A DNA stretch of 62,424 nt from a virus (IMGVR_UViG_3300042397_000683:1-62424), one strand, 5' to 3'. Numbered from the stretch's first letter, positions 47,334 through 58,066 are shown. The notes: generated by a model not told the origin, from the sequence alone. Translations and numbers: made by a program.

Positions 47334-48569
47334 ATGCCCGTAAATTTTAATGCTCAATTTATTGTAAACGAGAAGACTTCGACAAGGGTATTACGCCTAA
47401 CGGATACCTCTACAGATTTCGTTTTAGCAAAGGGTAACTTTTCAGTTACATTTCCTGATGGGTCACAAGTACTGCACACAGACTTTACGTCTCCCGATAT
47501 TACTGCTCCAGGCGGATTTACTAACATTTCCTTAATTACAGATATTGACAATACGATTCTTACAGGAACTTATGTTATCGATTTTGTCGCATTAAATGCT
47601 GCAGAAACGCAGTTTATTAAAGAAGAGACATTTGACTTCAACTGGGAGAAGCCTACTAAGATTATTACAAATGAGTCTGACGTAGTTTTACCCGACATTA
47701 GATTTGTAGATTCAACACCTTATGAAACATCGGGTAATTTTTCAGGCGTACTAACTAGAAACTTTTTTACTACAACCCCATCAACAAGTGAGGTAGGAGT
47801 AATTACAAAGACTGGCACAGGAGACGTTTTAATGCCCTCTCACAGCTCTAAATACTACGAGGGTATATATCTGGTCAAATCAGATATTTCCGTGGCTTAT
47901 ACGCACTCTTCTAAGTCTTGGTTAACCGTAAGTTACGTTGACTTATTACAAGAAACATATGATATCAGAGAAGCTCCTACTCAAGATGAGTTGGTTGCTT
48001 TAATGAATACGTACAAAGACCAGATTGAAGAGTTCAAAACTACTAATCCAAGTGAATATGCTAGGCTTAATGAGGAGTATGATTTAGTAGTTGGGCTGTA
48101 CTCTCACTTATTAGCTCGTTATGAAACAGGGACTTTAGATGGAGCTAAGCCAATCTTAGACCAATTAATAGGTTTGCTGCCTCCTTCAAGTTCTTATACT
48201 TACAAGGCTACTCAAATGTTGCCATTCTCGCTTAATATAGCAAGCAATACAGCATTTGTAATATCTAATGGAACTACTACAGATAGCATTGTTACTGGAG
48301 AGACATTAACTTTTGAATCCGCGAACTCTGGATTAGCTATTGCCGTAAGCAATAATAAACTTACTTTTACAGCAAAATTAGGATATGTGTTTACGCAATC
48401 CACTCCAGAAACCGTCTGGACAATTAATCACGATTTAGGCAAATACCCTGCCGTCAGCATAGTGGATTCTGCAAATGATGAAGTTATGGGCGAGGTTAAA
48501 TATAACAGCACAAGTCAAGTAGTTTTGACTTTTTCAGCAGCATTTAGCGGCAAGGCATTTTTAAATTAA
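47334..48569 (+). CDS. Virion structural protein (fibre-associated)
   Basis: Beta-rich; C-terminal 'WTINHDLGKYPAVSIVD...FSAAFSGKAFLN' module. Confidence 0.65.
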   Translation: MPVNFNAQFIVNEKTSTRVLRLTDTSTDFVLAKGNFSVTFPDGSQVLHTDFTSPDITAPGGFTNISLITDIDNTILTGTYVIDFVALNAAETQFIKEETFDFNWEKPTKIITNESDVVLPDIRFVDSTPYETSGNFSGVLTRNFFTTTPSTSEVGVITKTGTGDVLMPSHSSKYYEGIYLVKSDISVAYTHSSKSWLTVSYVDLLQETYDIREAPTQDELVALMNTYKDQIEEFKTTNPSEYARLNEEYDLVVGLYSHLLARYETGTLDGAKPILDQLIGLLPPSSSYTYKATQMLPFSLNIASNTAFVISNGTTTDSIVTGETLTFESANSGLAIAVSNNKLTFTAKLGYVFTQSTPETVWTINHDLGKYPAVSIVDSANDEVMGEVKYNSTSQVVLTFSAAFSGKAFLN

Positions 48570-48577
48570 CATAAGCA

Positions 48578-49789
48578 ATGGCAAAGAAGTTTTTAACCAG
48601 TTTAGATTTAACTAAGAATCAGATATTAAACGTCGCGATTCAGAATCTATCATCAGCTCCATCTTCTCCTGTAGTAGGACAAGTATACTTTGATACTACA
48701 GATTTACGTATGTATTTCTATAACGGAACTGCGTGGGTAGATATGTCAGGAGATATCCAAGATGTCCTTGGCGGTGCTGGATTAACAGCTTCTACAGCTA
48801 GCGATGTTGTAACCTTAGATATTAACGTAGACAACGCTACCATTGAAATTGACACAGATGCTATTCGTGTTAAAGACCTTGGTATCACTACCGCTAAGTT
48901 AAATAACGGAGCTGTTACAACAGTGAAAATTGGCGATAATCAAGTAACATTTGCTAAGATTCAAACTATTTCAAGCGGAAAAGTTTTAGGTAATGTATCT
49001 GGCTCAACTGGAGCTGTTGCTGAGATTTCTATTATTACAGCTACTGATTTAACAGGTTCAGCTAACACAAATATCCCATCTACTGCTGCTATCAAAGCTT
49101 ATGTTGATTCAGTAACAGGTGGACTAGGAAACTTAGAAGGTGCTTGGGATGCATCAGGTGGTTCATTCCCCGTAGGTTCTTCTCCTACAGCTGGAACTAA
49201 AAAAGGAGACTATTGGTATGTTAGTGTTGCTGGAACAGTAGACAGTGTAGCGTTCAATATTGGCGATGTATTAATCGCTTTAGTGGATGCTGCTTCGACG
49301 TCAACTTATGCAGGAAACTGGATTTCTTTAGAGGTTAATCGTGACCAAGCTACTGAATCAATATTAGGCTTAGTAACTCTTGCTACACAAACTGAAGTTA
49401 ACACAGGCACTAACTCAACAGACGCTGTTACACCTGCTACTTTAGCTGGTCGCACTGCAACAGAAACTCGTGCTGGTATTGCTGAGATTGCAACGCAAAC
49501 TGAGGTTAATACAGGTACTGATGATGCAACAATCGTTACTCCATTAAAATTAAAGACCTTATTAGATAACCGCACAGGTGGCTACGCTGCTAACGTAGGA
49601 GATGCTTCAGCGACTTCATTTGCGTTGACTCACGGTTTAGGCACAAGAGACGTTATCGTGTCAATTTACGACAATACAACATTCGAAGAAGTAATCACTG
49701 ATGTGGTTCTTACTTCAACTTCGGTAGTTACTGTATCATTTGCAGTAGCACCAGCTTCAAACGCATACAGAGTAGTTATTAAAAAATAA
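48578..49789 (+). CDS. Virion fibre protein
   Basis: 'ATQTEVNTGT...VTP' repeats, 'VTTAK' repeats, C-terminal 'THGLGTRDV' module. Confidence 0.7.
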   Translation: MAKKFLTSLDLTKNQILNVAIQNLSSAPSSPVVGQVYFDTTDLRMYFYNGTAWVDMSGDIQDVLGGAGLTASTASDVVTLDINVDNATIEIDTDAIRVKDLGITTAKLNNGAVTTVKIGDNQVTFAKIQTISSGKVLGNVSGSTGAVAEISIITATDLTGSANTNIPSTAAIKAYVDSVTGGLGNLEGAWDASGGSFPVGSSPTAGTKKGDYWYVSVAGTVDSVAFNIGDVLIALVDAASTSTYAGNWISLEVNRDQATESILGLVTLATQTEVNTGTNSTDAVTPATLAGRTATETRAGIAEIATQTEVNTGTDDATIVTPLKLKTLLDNRTGGYAANVGDASATSFALTHGLGTRDVIVSIYDNTTFEEVITDVVLTSTSVVTVSFAVAPASNAYRVVIKK

Positions 49790-49792
49790 TAG

Positions 49793-52700
49793 ATGACTAG
49801 GTTTTTAAAAAACGCAGATGTAACAGGTTATATCTCCCAAACGAGTGTAACCTCTTCTTTACTTAAAACTGATTCAGCAGGTAAATTAGTTGCTGCGGTA
49901 GCTGGCACAGACTATGCTACTCCAGGAACAATTGCTAGTGCAGATAAATTAATCCGCGAAGTTTATAATAAGACAGGGGCTACTCTTACAAAGGGCACTG
50001 TTGTTTACATTAATGACGGACAAGGAAACTTGCCTGCTGTTACCAAGGCAATAGCTTCTGGAGATTCCACTTCAGCGCAGACTTTTGGTGTTGTGCAAGC
50101 AGATATTACAAATAACAATAATGGATATGTTGTTGTTGCTGGCGGACTAGATAATATGAATACCAACGGATTAGGCGTTGGAACGGCACTATACCTTAGT
50201 TCAACAACTGCTGGAGAATATACTACTGTAAAGCAATCTGCGCCAAATCACTTAGTTTATATTGGTGTTATTGTAAGAGACCATCCTACACAAGGCGTTA
50301 TTGAGGTTCGTATTCAGAATGGATATGAATTAGAGGAGCTGCATAATGTAGCCATTGCTTCATTAGCCAATAATCATACTCTTGTTTGGGAATCAGCTAC
50401 TAGCCTTTGGAAAAATAAGACTATTGCGGCTGCGTTAGGGTATACCCCACAGCCTCAATTAAGCGGTACTGGATTTGTTAAAATTGATGGTACAACAATA
50501 AGCTATGATAATAGTACTTATTTAACTACAACTGCCGCATCTTCTACTTACCTACCTTTAGCAGGAGGAACACTTACGGGTGCTTTAATTGGCACAAGTT
50601 CTAGCTTTAGCGGAAATATAACTATAAGCGCAGCTGCTACAAACGGGTTAATTTTACAAAATTCATCTGGCGGAGAAAGTCCAAATGTTACATTTATAAC
50701 ACCTGTAAATAAGTATAACATTGACGCGAATGCACTTGGAGTTTTAAGGTTTTTTACAGAAAATACAGATGGTACTGGTGGAGTAGTAAGGGCGACTATT
50801 GATTCTAATGGCGCAGGAATGTTTATATCTAGCGTAACTGCAGCAAGTGGAATTTTTAATAATGGAGCAAATAGCACAGATGGAATTAAGGTAATATCCA
50901 CAACATCAAGTAGTCTATTTACTGGAGGCATTGAATTTATTAGAACAACGGTTGCTGGCGGCTCTAAAGTACAGCCATTAAGAGACGCTGCAATAGGCGG
51001 TGTAGGCTTCAATTTTTTAGTTACGGCAAATAATACTGCAGAAATAAATGCAACATATACTTCTGCTTTATCTATTTTAAATACAGGCGCTGCTACGTTT
51101 TCAAATAGTGTTACAGCAACATCTTTTATTAGGTCAGGAGGCACTTCGGCGCAATTCTTGAAAGCAGATGGAAGCGTAGACAGTTCTACTTATTTAACTT
51201 CTTATACTGAGACTGATACATTAGCAACAGTTACAGGAAGAGGAAACACAACCACAACTCGTATTGGCGTATTAACCTCTACTGCCATAAATCTTGCAGG
51301 AGCAGGTAATAGCGGAACCTGGGTTGGAGGAGTACAAGATGCTACTACTGGATGGTCTATATCCAATAATGGTATTGGCTTAAAGGCAGATGACACTACT
51401 TATGCTACAGTCGGAATTGATTCTTCTAATGGTATACTATATTTTGGTAGAACTACAGCTGGAGGTGTAGGTACATTGACATCGTGGTTGGAGGTTAATA
51501 GTGGTGGTGTAGCAAATTTTATAAGAGCTAGACCGCAACATAATGGAAGTAATTTAGCATTAGTAAGCGAAACACTACCAGTAGCTGGCGGAACAATGAC
51601 TGGGGCAATATTAATGGGTTCTACAGTAGCAGCTGCTGGAAATGCTCAACCAACTGCTTTGTCATATGGATTACTTCAAGGATTTGGAACTTTTAGATTA
51701 GCAGCTGATACAGACGAATCTCAATCTGAATTTGCTATTATTACAGCAGGGTATTCTCTAGCTAATGCAACAGCTGCCAATGGATTAGCAGTTGGTTATA
51801 ATACATTAACTTGGAAGAATAATACAGTTTGGCATTCAGGCAACTTTACGCCTGGCAATTATTTGCCACTTTCTGGTGGTACTATGACTGGAAACATAAC
51901 AATTACCAGTGCAGACATAAGAAGTAATGCTACATCTAACTGGACTGGAGACCCAGGTACACAAGGGAAGATTCAATACCATGCTTCTAGATGGTATATA
52001 GTTGCAGACCAAGATTCAAATAGAATAGTTCAGTTTAGAAGAAATGGAACTGACGTTTCACATATTGCTAATGATGGAACATATAATGGCAATATTACAG
52101 GAAGTTCAAGTACAGTTACACATTTTTCAGGCAGAGCAGATTTAGCTTGGTATAATATTATTTGGGGCGCAGGTAGTCCGTCCCATTTGTATTCAGCAGA
52201 TACCGTACAAATACAATCAAGTGCAGGGGCAATAAGAGCAAATATTTATTATGATAATCAAGATACAGGATATTACTTAGACCCCAATAATATATCTCGT
52301 ATCAGGGGATTAAGTATTGCTGGTAACGCTAGCTCTACAAGCACTTTAGACCAATTAGGATTTTGGGCTGTTGTTGACGGTGTTCCTAATACTACTTCTG
52401 CTATTGGTTTTAAGCAAGTATCTGGCATTTGGGCTGAACATGGAGTTACTAATGGCGCATATAATACGTACTTTACTATGGATACTCCTGGTAGAGGTTG
52501 GGTTTTTAGAAGAGCTACAAATGGGGGGAGTGATTATACAGCGGTCAATGTAGCTTCTATATCAAACACAGGTCATGCTCAATTTGATGGGTCATTACGT
52601 GCTCCTATATTCTATGATTCAAGTAATACGGCATTTTATTTAGACCCTAATGATACATCAAATTTAAGTAGACTTGTAGTAAATAATGCAATTTCAGGAG

Positions 52701-54145
52701 CAGCTCTTTTAGTTGGCTCAAATAGTACAGCACGAGTTCACGATGACAATGCAAGAAAAGCATTAGTTATAAATGCTGAATTTTATCCTGCTTTACAGAT
52801 TAATGCTTTCGCAGGTGGAAATACTACTCACGGAGGGTATATTACGATAAGCGGCAATTTAAGTAGTGGTGGTTATAGGCTTTGGACAATGGGTATAGCC
52901 AACCAAAACCCAGGTATTTTTAGCATAGGGTACAGTGATATGCAAGATGGGAATGGTCACTATGGGATTGGCGACGCTTGGTCAGGTAGTGATGCTCATC
53001 ACGGACGTTTAATAGTAGACACTTCTGGTAATACAAAAATTAGAGGAATGCTTTATGTTAATGGAACTAGTGGAGGAATAACTACAGGTAGCGCTGTAAT
53101 TCACGCTGGTAACATTGGTTCTCAATACGTAAGCCATGCTAATAATTTAAATTTACAGGGACTGGGAGATGGTTCTGTAAATGTAAGTAATGGTTCATCG
53201 GCTGTATACAGAAATGAAAATGGTAATGGTGGAAACTTAAGTTACGCCCCTGTATTACACTTAGGAGGTAGCGACACTATGTGGCAGATACAAGGCGACT
53301 ATTACAACAGCACTGACTTAAGATGGAGAGCAGGCTATGCAGGCACTTGGTATGCTTGGAGGCAAATTATACATACAGGTAATTTAGGTTCTTATGTATT
53401 GCCAATAACTGGTGGAACTTTAAGTGGTACACTTAATTTTACACAGCCTGTTGGTCTTGGATTTGCAAACGGACAATATATTAAAGACAATGGCACAGGT
53501 GGTTTAATTATTTCTAGTGGAGCTGCCATTAACTTGAATGCTACCTTATTAACATCAAACACTATTTTAAATTTTGCTCCTGGTGGTGCTACACCTTATG
53601 CAAATCCAACAGGATTAAATTGTGGTATTTCATTTGGTGGATATGAATCTTCTTCGTTAAGACAGTATGGTGTTTTTACAGAATTGGAAAATGTTGGCGG
53701 AAACTATACTAAACTAACATTTAACTGGCATACAGGTGTTAGAATAGGAGCTTCTTCATCTTATGGAGGTACTAGATTTTATAATGACGCGGCAGGGAAT
53801 GGTAGTAGTTCTATGATATTCTCAGTAGGTAACGGAGATTCTAATGTACGCGTACTAAATAACTTATATGCCGCAGCATTTTTTGAATCTTCTGATAGCA
53901 AATTAAAAACTCTTATTGAGGACAACTATCAAACAAAAGGAATAGAGGCAATAACTCCTAAACTTTATACCAAAAACGGAAAGATTGAATTAGGTTATTA
54001 TGCACAAGATTTTGTAGGAATACTAGATTCAGCTATTTCAAAAGATAATGATGATATCTTAAGCTTATCTTATCGTGAGGTTTTAGTGGCAAAAGTATAT
54101 GCTTTAGAGCAAGAGGTTGAACAATTAAAAGCAAAATTGAACTAA
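49793..54145 (+). CDS. Long tail fibre with C-terminal intramolecular chaperone (peptidase S74-like)
   Basis: Four 'LP..GGT.(T/S)G' junction repeats, 'YYLDPN' repeats, 'ESSDSKLK...GYYAQD...LSY' C-terminus. Confidence 0.85.
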   Translation: MTRFLKNADVTGYISQTSVTSSLLKTDSAGKLVAAVAGTDYATPGTIASADKLIREVYNKTGATLTKGTVVYINDGQGNLPAVTKAIASGDSTSAQTFGVVQADITNNNNGYVVVAGGLDNMNTNGLGVGTALYLSSTTAGEYTTVKQSAPNHLVYIGVIVRDHPTQGVIEVRIQNGYELEELHNVAIASLANNHTLVWESATSLWKNKTIAAALGYTPQPQLSGTGFVKIDGTTISYDNSTYLTTTAASSTYLPLAGGTLTGALIGTSSSFSGNITISAAATNGLILQNSSGGESPNVTFITPVNKYNIDANALGVLRFFTENTDGTGGVVRATIDSNGAGMFISSVTAASGIFNNGANSTDGIKVISTTSSSLFTGGIEFIRTTVAGGSKVQPLRDAAIGGVGFNFLVTANNTAEINATYTSALSILNTGAATFSNSVTATSFIRSGGTSAQFLKADGSVDSSTYLTSYTETDTLATVTGRGNTTTTRIGVLTSTAINLAGAGNSGTWVGGVQDATTGWSISNNGIGLKADDTTYATVGIDSSNGILYFGRTTAGGVGTLTSWLEVNSGGVANFIRARPQHNGSNLALVSETLPVAGGTMTGAILMGSTVAAAGNAQPTALSYGLLQGFGTFRLAADTDESQSEFAIITAGYSLANATAANGLAVGYNTLTWKNNTVWHSGNFTPGNYLPLSGGTMTGNITITSADIRSNATSNWTGDPGTQGKIQYHASRWYIVADQDSNRIVQFRRNGTDVSHIANDGTYNGNITGSSSTVTHFSGRADLAWYNIIWGAGSPSHLYSADTVQIQSSAGAIRANIYYDNQDTGYYLDPNNISRIRGLSIAGNASSTSTLDQLGFWAVVDGVPNTTSAIGFKQVSGIWAEHGVTNGAYNTYFTMDTPGRGWVFRRATNGGSDYTAVNVASISNTGHAQFDGSLRAPIFYDSSNTAFYLDPNDTSNLSRLVVNNAISGAALLVGSNSTARVHDDNARKALVINAEFYPALQINAFAGGNTTHGGYITISGNLSSGGYRLWTMGIANQNPGIFSIGYSDMQDGNGHYGIGDAWSGSDAHHGRLIVDTSGNTKIRGMLYVNGTSGGITTGSAVIHAGNIGSQYVSHANNLNLQGLGDGSVNVSNGSSAVYRNENGNGGNLSYAPVLHLGGSDTMWQIQGDYYNSTDLRWRAGYAGTWYAWRQIIHTGNLGSYVLPITGGTLSGTLNFTQPVGLGFANGQYIKDNGTGGLIISSGAAINLNATLLTSNTILNFAPGGATPYANPTGLNCGISFGGYESSSLRQYGVFTELENVGGNYTKLTFNWHTGVRIGASSSYGGTRFYNDAAGNGSSSMIFSVGNGDSNVRVLNNLYAAAFFESSDSKLKTLIEDNYQTKGIEAITPKLYTKNGKIELGYYAQDFVGILDSAISKDNDDILSLSYREVLVAKVYALEQEVEQLKAKLN

Positions 54146-54146
54146 T

Positions 54147-54581
54147 ATGTCTTGGGCAGGCTTAGCAAATAATCAAACTGTGAGTTGGGCAGACCTGCAA
54201 AGTGCTGTGGATAATAATGTGTTCATACAGATTGGTTTAATACCGCCATCTGGCATACCTAGCAATAGGGAGATAACAAAAACTGGCGCATTAGCAGCGG
54301 TTGATATTGAGTCATCTCCATTATCAGGGAAGAGCAATAATCAGTTGGTTGTAAAGAGTAATTTAGTAGCAGTAGCAGCCACATATTATCAGCTTAATAA
54401 TTGTTCAGGAGGCGCTGCTGCTTGGACAAAAATTGCACCTACTTTAGGATATGGTCAGCGGTATATTTTACCAAGCTCATCTCCAACCTATTATTGGTAT
54501 AATGGCATATCGCAAACGACATTGCCTGCTGGATACAATGGTAGCATTCAAATAGTATCAGGACAGACTTATTGTCCATAA
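54147..54581 (+). CDS. Tail-fibre-associated protein
   Basis: Directly follows the fibre; 'NNQLVVKSNL' motif. Confidence 0.55.
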   Translation: MSWAGLANNQTVSWADLQSAVDNNVFIQIGLIPPSGIPSNREITKTGALAAVDIESSPLSGKSNNQLVVKSNLVAVAATYYQLNNCSGGAAAWTKIAPTLGYGQRYILPSSSPTYYWYNGISQTTLPAGYNGSIQIVSGQTYCP

Positions 54582-54617
54582 TAATTATTAATTTTAAAAT
54601 TTAAACAATAAATAAAA

Positions 54618-55049
54618 ATGGCATTAAAAATCACTACCCAAATTGGGACTGACAAAGGCATCACATCAGAAGCCTATGTGCGTATCTCTAATTATCAATT
54701 GAGCAAATATGGCTCAGCAAATTTTCAAATTGAATTATATCAATCAGAAGAAGATGTACCAAGCCAATCTGGGCTATACACTCCTATGACAACAGAAATC
54801 GCTCGCAATCAGCAAGTCGGAGAGTATATAAGCGTACAGTTAACTGCGCAAACAGAAAGACAAGTATCTTATCCTGTCATTGGTGTTGACGCTGATGGAA
54901 ATGCATTACCTGACCGCGTAGAAACTATTACAGTATCTGTTCCAGATTTATCATCTGCTGAAGATGTAGATATTTTCACATTTGGATACTCTCACTTAAA
55001 GACTAAGCTAGTAGATTTGTTTGGAGAAGACAATATCGTAGACTGCTAA
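54618..55049 (+). CDS. Tail-fibre-associated hypothetical protein
   Basis: Position; 'AYVRI...Y.HLK...DC' pattern. Confidence 0.55.
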   Translation: MALKITTQIGTDKGITSEAYVRISNYQLSKYGSANFQIELYQSEEDVPSQSGLYTPMTTEIARNQQVGEYISVQLTAQTERQVSYPVIGVDADGNALPDRVETITVSVPDLSSAEDVDIFTFGYSHLKTKLVDLFGEDNIVDC

Positions 55050-55087
55050 TTATTGATTATATTTGTTAAAAATAACCAAACATAGAA

Positions 55088-55522
55088 ATGGAAAAAATTA
55101 AATTATCTATTACCGAAATTATTGGCTTAGAAGCCGAATTAAATGGCTTAGTAAATCAAAGCAATGGAGATGTAATTGCTAAGGGTTTATTTGGCGAAAA
55201 ATTAGACCTTGTCGTTAAATACAGATTAAAAAAACTATCTGATGCATTAGCAGCTGAGAAGAAAATTATCGAAGACTTAAGACAAGAGCTAATTAAGAAA
55301 TTCGGAAAAGAAGAAGAGGAAGGCAGAATTGTTGTTCCTATGTGGGAAGATGAAGCGCAAACAATTGAGCATCCAGATTTTGCTGAGTTCAAGAAGCAAT
55401 ACGAAGCTTTATCGCTAGAAGAAAAAGAGTTTGAGTACAATCCTTTATCTATTGAAGATTTAAAGGATATTAAGACTGACCAACGTTATGACTTAGTATT
55501 CCGTTTAATTAAAGAAGACTAA
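55088..55522 (+). CDS. Hypothetical helical protein (possible assembly chaperone)
   Basis: Own TATATTTG promoter box at 55058-55065 and AACCAAACA leader. Confidence 0.6.
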   Translation: MEKIKLSITEIIGLEAELNGLVNQSNGDVIAKGLFGEKLDLVVKYRLKKLSDALAAEKKIIEDLRQELIKKFGKEEEEGRIVVPMWEDEAQTIEHPDFAEFKKQYEALSLEEKEFEYNPLSIEDLKDIKTDQRYDLVFRLIKED

Positions 55523-55647
55523 TGGATATAGTAACATTTGGAATCATATACGGGGCGATTTGCATAGTAGCAGTCGCCCTTTTATCTTATCGGATTATTA
55601 AGAATCCTGATGGAGAGCACTTTACCTATAAAAAGGTTTTGCCTTAG
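55522..55647 (+). CDS. Small single-TM protein (41 aa, not in ORF track)
   Basis: MDIVTFGIIYGAICIVAVALLSYRIIKNPDGEHFTYKKVLP; TAATG overlap. Confidence 0.5.
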   Translation: MDIVTFGIIYGAICIVAVALLSYRIIKNPDGEHFTYKKVLP

Positions 55648-55687
55648 CGTAAAAGACTACTATCTTTGTTACAGATATCTTAGAAGA

Positions 55688-55978
55688 ATGGACAATCCTA
55701 TTGAGCAACTAAAGGCTTACCTATTCCCGACAGCAATAACAATCTTGTCGGTAATCATTTGGCACGACGTCAGCGAAATGAAAGCGGACATTAAGCAGTT
55801 AATTGTACAATCAAATGTAGACAAGACTAGGATAGATAATCTAGAACGCGAAGTCTACAAGACAGGGGTTAGAACCCCTACTCCTCCTTCTAAGCTACCA
55901 CTTCAGGTAGATATGCGTCAAGTTGTGGCAATCAGACCAGAAGAAGACGACGAAAAATACCGCCTTTATTACTTGTAA
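55688..55978 (+). CDS. Single-TM coiled-coil protein (lysis cassette, holin/antiholin candidate)
   Basis: ATG 55688 lies downstream of promoter TTTG N19 TATCTTTG (55638-55668); ORF-track start 55610 is unlikely. Confidence 0.55.
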   Translation: MDNPIEQLKAYLFPTAITILSVIIWHDVSEMKADIKQLIVQSNVDKTRIDNLEREVYKTGVRTPTPPSKLPLQVDMRQVVAIRPEEDDEKYRLYYL

Positions 55979-56012
55979 AAATTAAGCATTTATATACTAA
56001 CCACTAAAAATT

Positions 56013-56303
56013 ATGTCATTTATCAAGCAGTTGTTCTCTGACGACAACGACATCAACGAAAAATCCGTACTAGGATTCTTATCTTTTGCAGTATTGTTCT
56101 TTTATGGAATAGTAGACATTGTAACTGGATATGTAGGTCAACAATTCGTTATTGAGCCTATTATCCTTGAAGTGTTTGCAGCACTAACAGCAGGTTGTTT
56201 TGGTATCTCTTCTTATGAGAAGGTTCAAAACCGTAAGACCGATGCTGAGCGCGAAAAGAACTTACCTGGAGGCTTAGACCCTCTACCAGAAGATGAAGGT
56301 TAA
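56013..56303 (+). CDS. Putative holin (2 TM)
   Basis: Two TM segments and a charged C-tail; upstream of the endolysin. Confidence 0.55.
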   Translation: MSFIKQLFSDDNDINEKSVLGFLSFAVLFFYGIVDIVTGYVGQQFVIEPIILEVFAALTAGCFGISSYEKVQNRKTDAEREKNLPGGLDPLPEDEG

Positions 56304-56898
56304 TATAGCCCTCTTTGTGTGTTGTATGATTGCTCTCTTCTATGCTTATACAAAGCATATGGAAGCAGGAGAGCCACGTCCTAACGACACGCTAGTTGTG
56401 CACGACACATCTTGGATTAAGCACGACTCTATTATAGTGAAGACAAAGATTGCTTACAAGGAAGTAATTGTTAATGTGATGTCTAAACCAGAGATGTTAC
56501 CTGACACTAACTACGATAACTTGAAGCGTCAGTATATGGCATTGCTTCAGCTGTATATGAATAAAGTAATTTATTCGGATACGATTCGCGTAGGAAATTA
56601 CGGATACATTGCAGTTTTAGATACAATTAACGAGAACAAAATAAAATATAGGAGGACGCGCGAAAATTATGAGATTCCTGTCGTTAAGGAGACTAAAACT
56701 ATTACTAAGTATGCACCACCCACTCGTAATCTATATATTGGAGGTGGCGTCTTGGCTAACAATACCGTTGGGCTAAGAGGTGCTGAATTAGGGATTATGT
56801 ATAAAACCAAAAAAGACCAGCTGTATAATGTGAAAGCATCAGTTAATGTCGATGGGACATTGCTTTACGGTGTTGGTTATTACTATAAAATAAAATAA
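56293..56898 (+). CDS. Putative spanin-like envelope protein
   Basis: N-terminal membrane anchor, D(S/T)-hydrophobic repeats, C-terminal amphipathic beta strands ending GVGYYYKIK. Confidence 0.5.
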   Translation: MKVNIALFVCCMIALFYAYTKHMEAGEPRPNDTLVVHDTSWIKHDSIIVKTKIAYKEVIVNVMSKPEMLPDTNYDNLKRQYMALLQLYMNKVIYSDTIRVGNYGYIAVLDTINENKIKYRRTRENYEIPVVKETKTITKYAPPTRNLYIGGGVLANNTVGLRGAELGIMYKTKKDQLYNVKASVNVDGTLLYGVGYYYKIK

Positions 56899-56899
56899 G

Positions 56900-57088
56900 A
56901 TGAACTTATTACAAAGAATTACATTGTTCTTTTTTCCTGTAAAAAAGAAAACTATCGAGAAAATCGTAGAAGAAATTAAGGAAGCGGCTGTTGATAACGA
57001 AGAGTTTGAGAAAGCAGCTATTGATATTGCCGAGAGAATTGTAGCGACTAAGCCAAAGAAGAAATACTACGCTAAGAAAAAGAAATAA
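56900..57088 (+). CDS. Small basic protein
   Basis: Operon-packed, Lys-rich tail. Confidence 0.55.
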   Translation: MNLLQRITLFFFPVKKKTIEKIVEEIKEAAVDNEEFEKAAIDIAERIVATKPKKKYYAKKKK

Positions 57089-57089
57089 T

Positions 57090-57941
57090 ATGTTACTAAG
57101 AGTAGGTTCATTCGGAGAAGATGTTACTAAGCTTCAAGTTAAGCTTGGCGTAGACCCTATTGGCAAGTTTGGTCCTAAGACAGAGGCAGCAGTTAAAGGT
57201 TGGCAGTCAGCACACGGCTTAACACCTGATGGTATTGTAGGAGATGCAACGTGGTCAAAGATGTTTGCTCCAGTAGCAGAAACACCTGCACCAGCTCCAA
57301 TCGTCGCTCCTGCGCCAACTGTGGCGCCTGCAGCACAAGGATTCAAGCTAGATGCACTTAAAGGACACGTTCCTCAAACTGTTATCGACCAAATTCCTGA
57401 TACAGCAGCACGTTTTGGTATTACAACTCCATTACGCTTAGCTCACTTCTTAGCGCAATGCGGACACGAGTCAGGTGGCTTTAGAGCTGTACAAGAAAAC
57501 CTTAATTACTCAGCTAAGGGATTATGCGGAATCTTCCGTAAATACTTCCCTAGCGTAACGATTGCTATGCAATACGAACGTAAGCCTGAGAAGATTGCTA
57601 ACAAGGTTTATGCTAACCGTATGGGCAACGGCAACGAGGCAAGTGGAACAGGTTGGAAGTTTCGTGGACGCGGATATATCCAGCTCACGGGGACTGAAAA
57701 TTATAAATCATTTGACGCTACAGTCCCTGAAGACATTATAGCGAATCCTGATTTAGTAGCAACTAAGTATCCTTTAGCCTCCGCAGCGTTCTTCTTTAAG
57801 AAAAATAACTTATGGTCTATCTGCGACAGAGGTGCAAGCGCTGACGTTGTAACTGCTGTAACTAAACGCGTAAACGGTGGAACTATTGGTTTAGCAGACC
57901 GTCAGAAACATTTCAAGGAGTTTTATCATTTATTAGCATAA
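57090..57941 (+). CDS. Endolysin: peptidoglycan-binding domain plus GH19 catalytic domain
   Basis: 'GKFGPKTEAAVKGWQ..HGLTPDGIVG..TW'; 'HFLAQCGHESGG', 'FRGRGYIQLTG', 'VTKRVNGGTIGL'. Confidence 0.93.
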   Translation: MLLRVGSFGEDVTKLQVKLGVDPIGKFGPKTEAAVKGWQSAHGLTPDGIVGDATWSKMFAPVAETPAPAPIVAPAPTVAPAAQGFKLDALKGHVPQTVIDQIPDTAARFGITTPLRLAHFLAQCGHESGGFRAVQENLNYSAKGLCGIFRKYFPSVTIAMQYERKPEKIANKVYANRMGNGNEASGTGWKFRGRGYIQLTGTENYKSFDATVPEDIIANPDLVATKYPLASAAFFFKKNNLWSICDRGASADVVTAVTKRVNGGTIGLADRQKHFKEFYHLLA

Positions 57942-58066
57942 TGGCAAAGCAAAAACCATCATCGGAGAACAAAAAGGTTGTATTTGGTGTACGCCGTAAC
58001 GGCAAGCACAAAAAGACCAATGGTCCAAAAGAAAGTCCTTCTAAGAAATCTAGAGGGCAAGGGTAA
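57941..58066 (+). CDS. Small basic 'RGQG'-terminal phage protein (41 aa, not in ORF track)
   Basis: MAKQKPSSENKKVVFGVRRNGKHKKTNGPKESPSKKSRGQG. Confidence 0.7.
   Translation: MAKQKPSSENKKVVFGVRRNGKHKKTNGPKESPSKKSRGQG

Noticed and set aside
49793-54581. Diversity-generating retroelement targeting the fibre
   Set aside because: No reverse transcriptase and no adenine-variable template/variable repeat pair found
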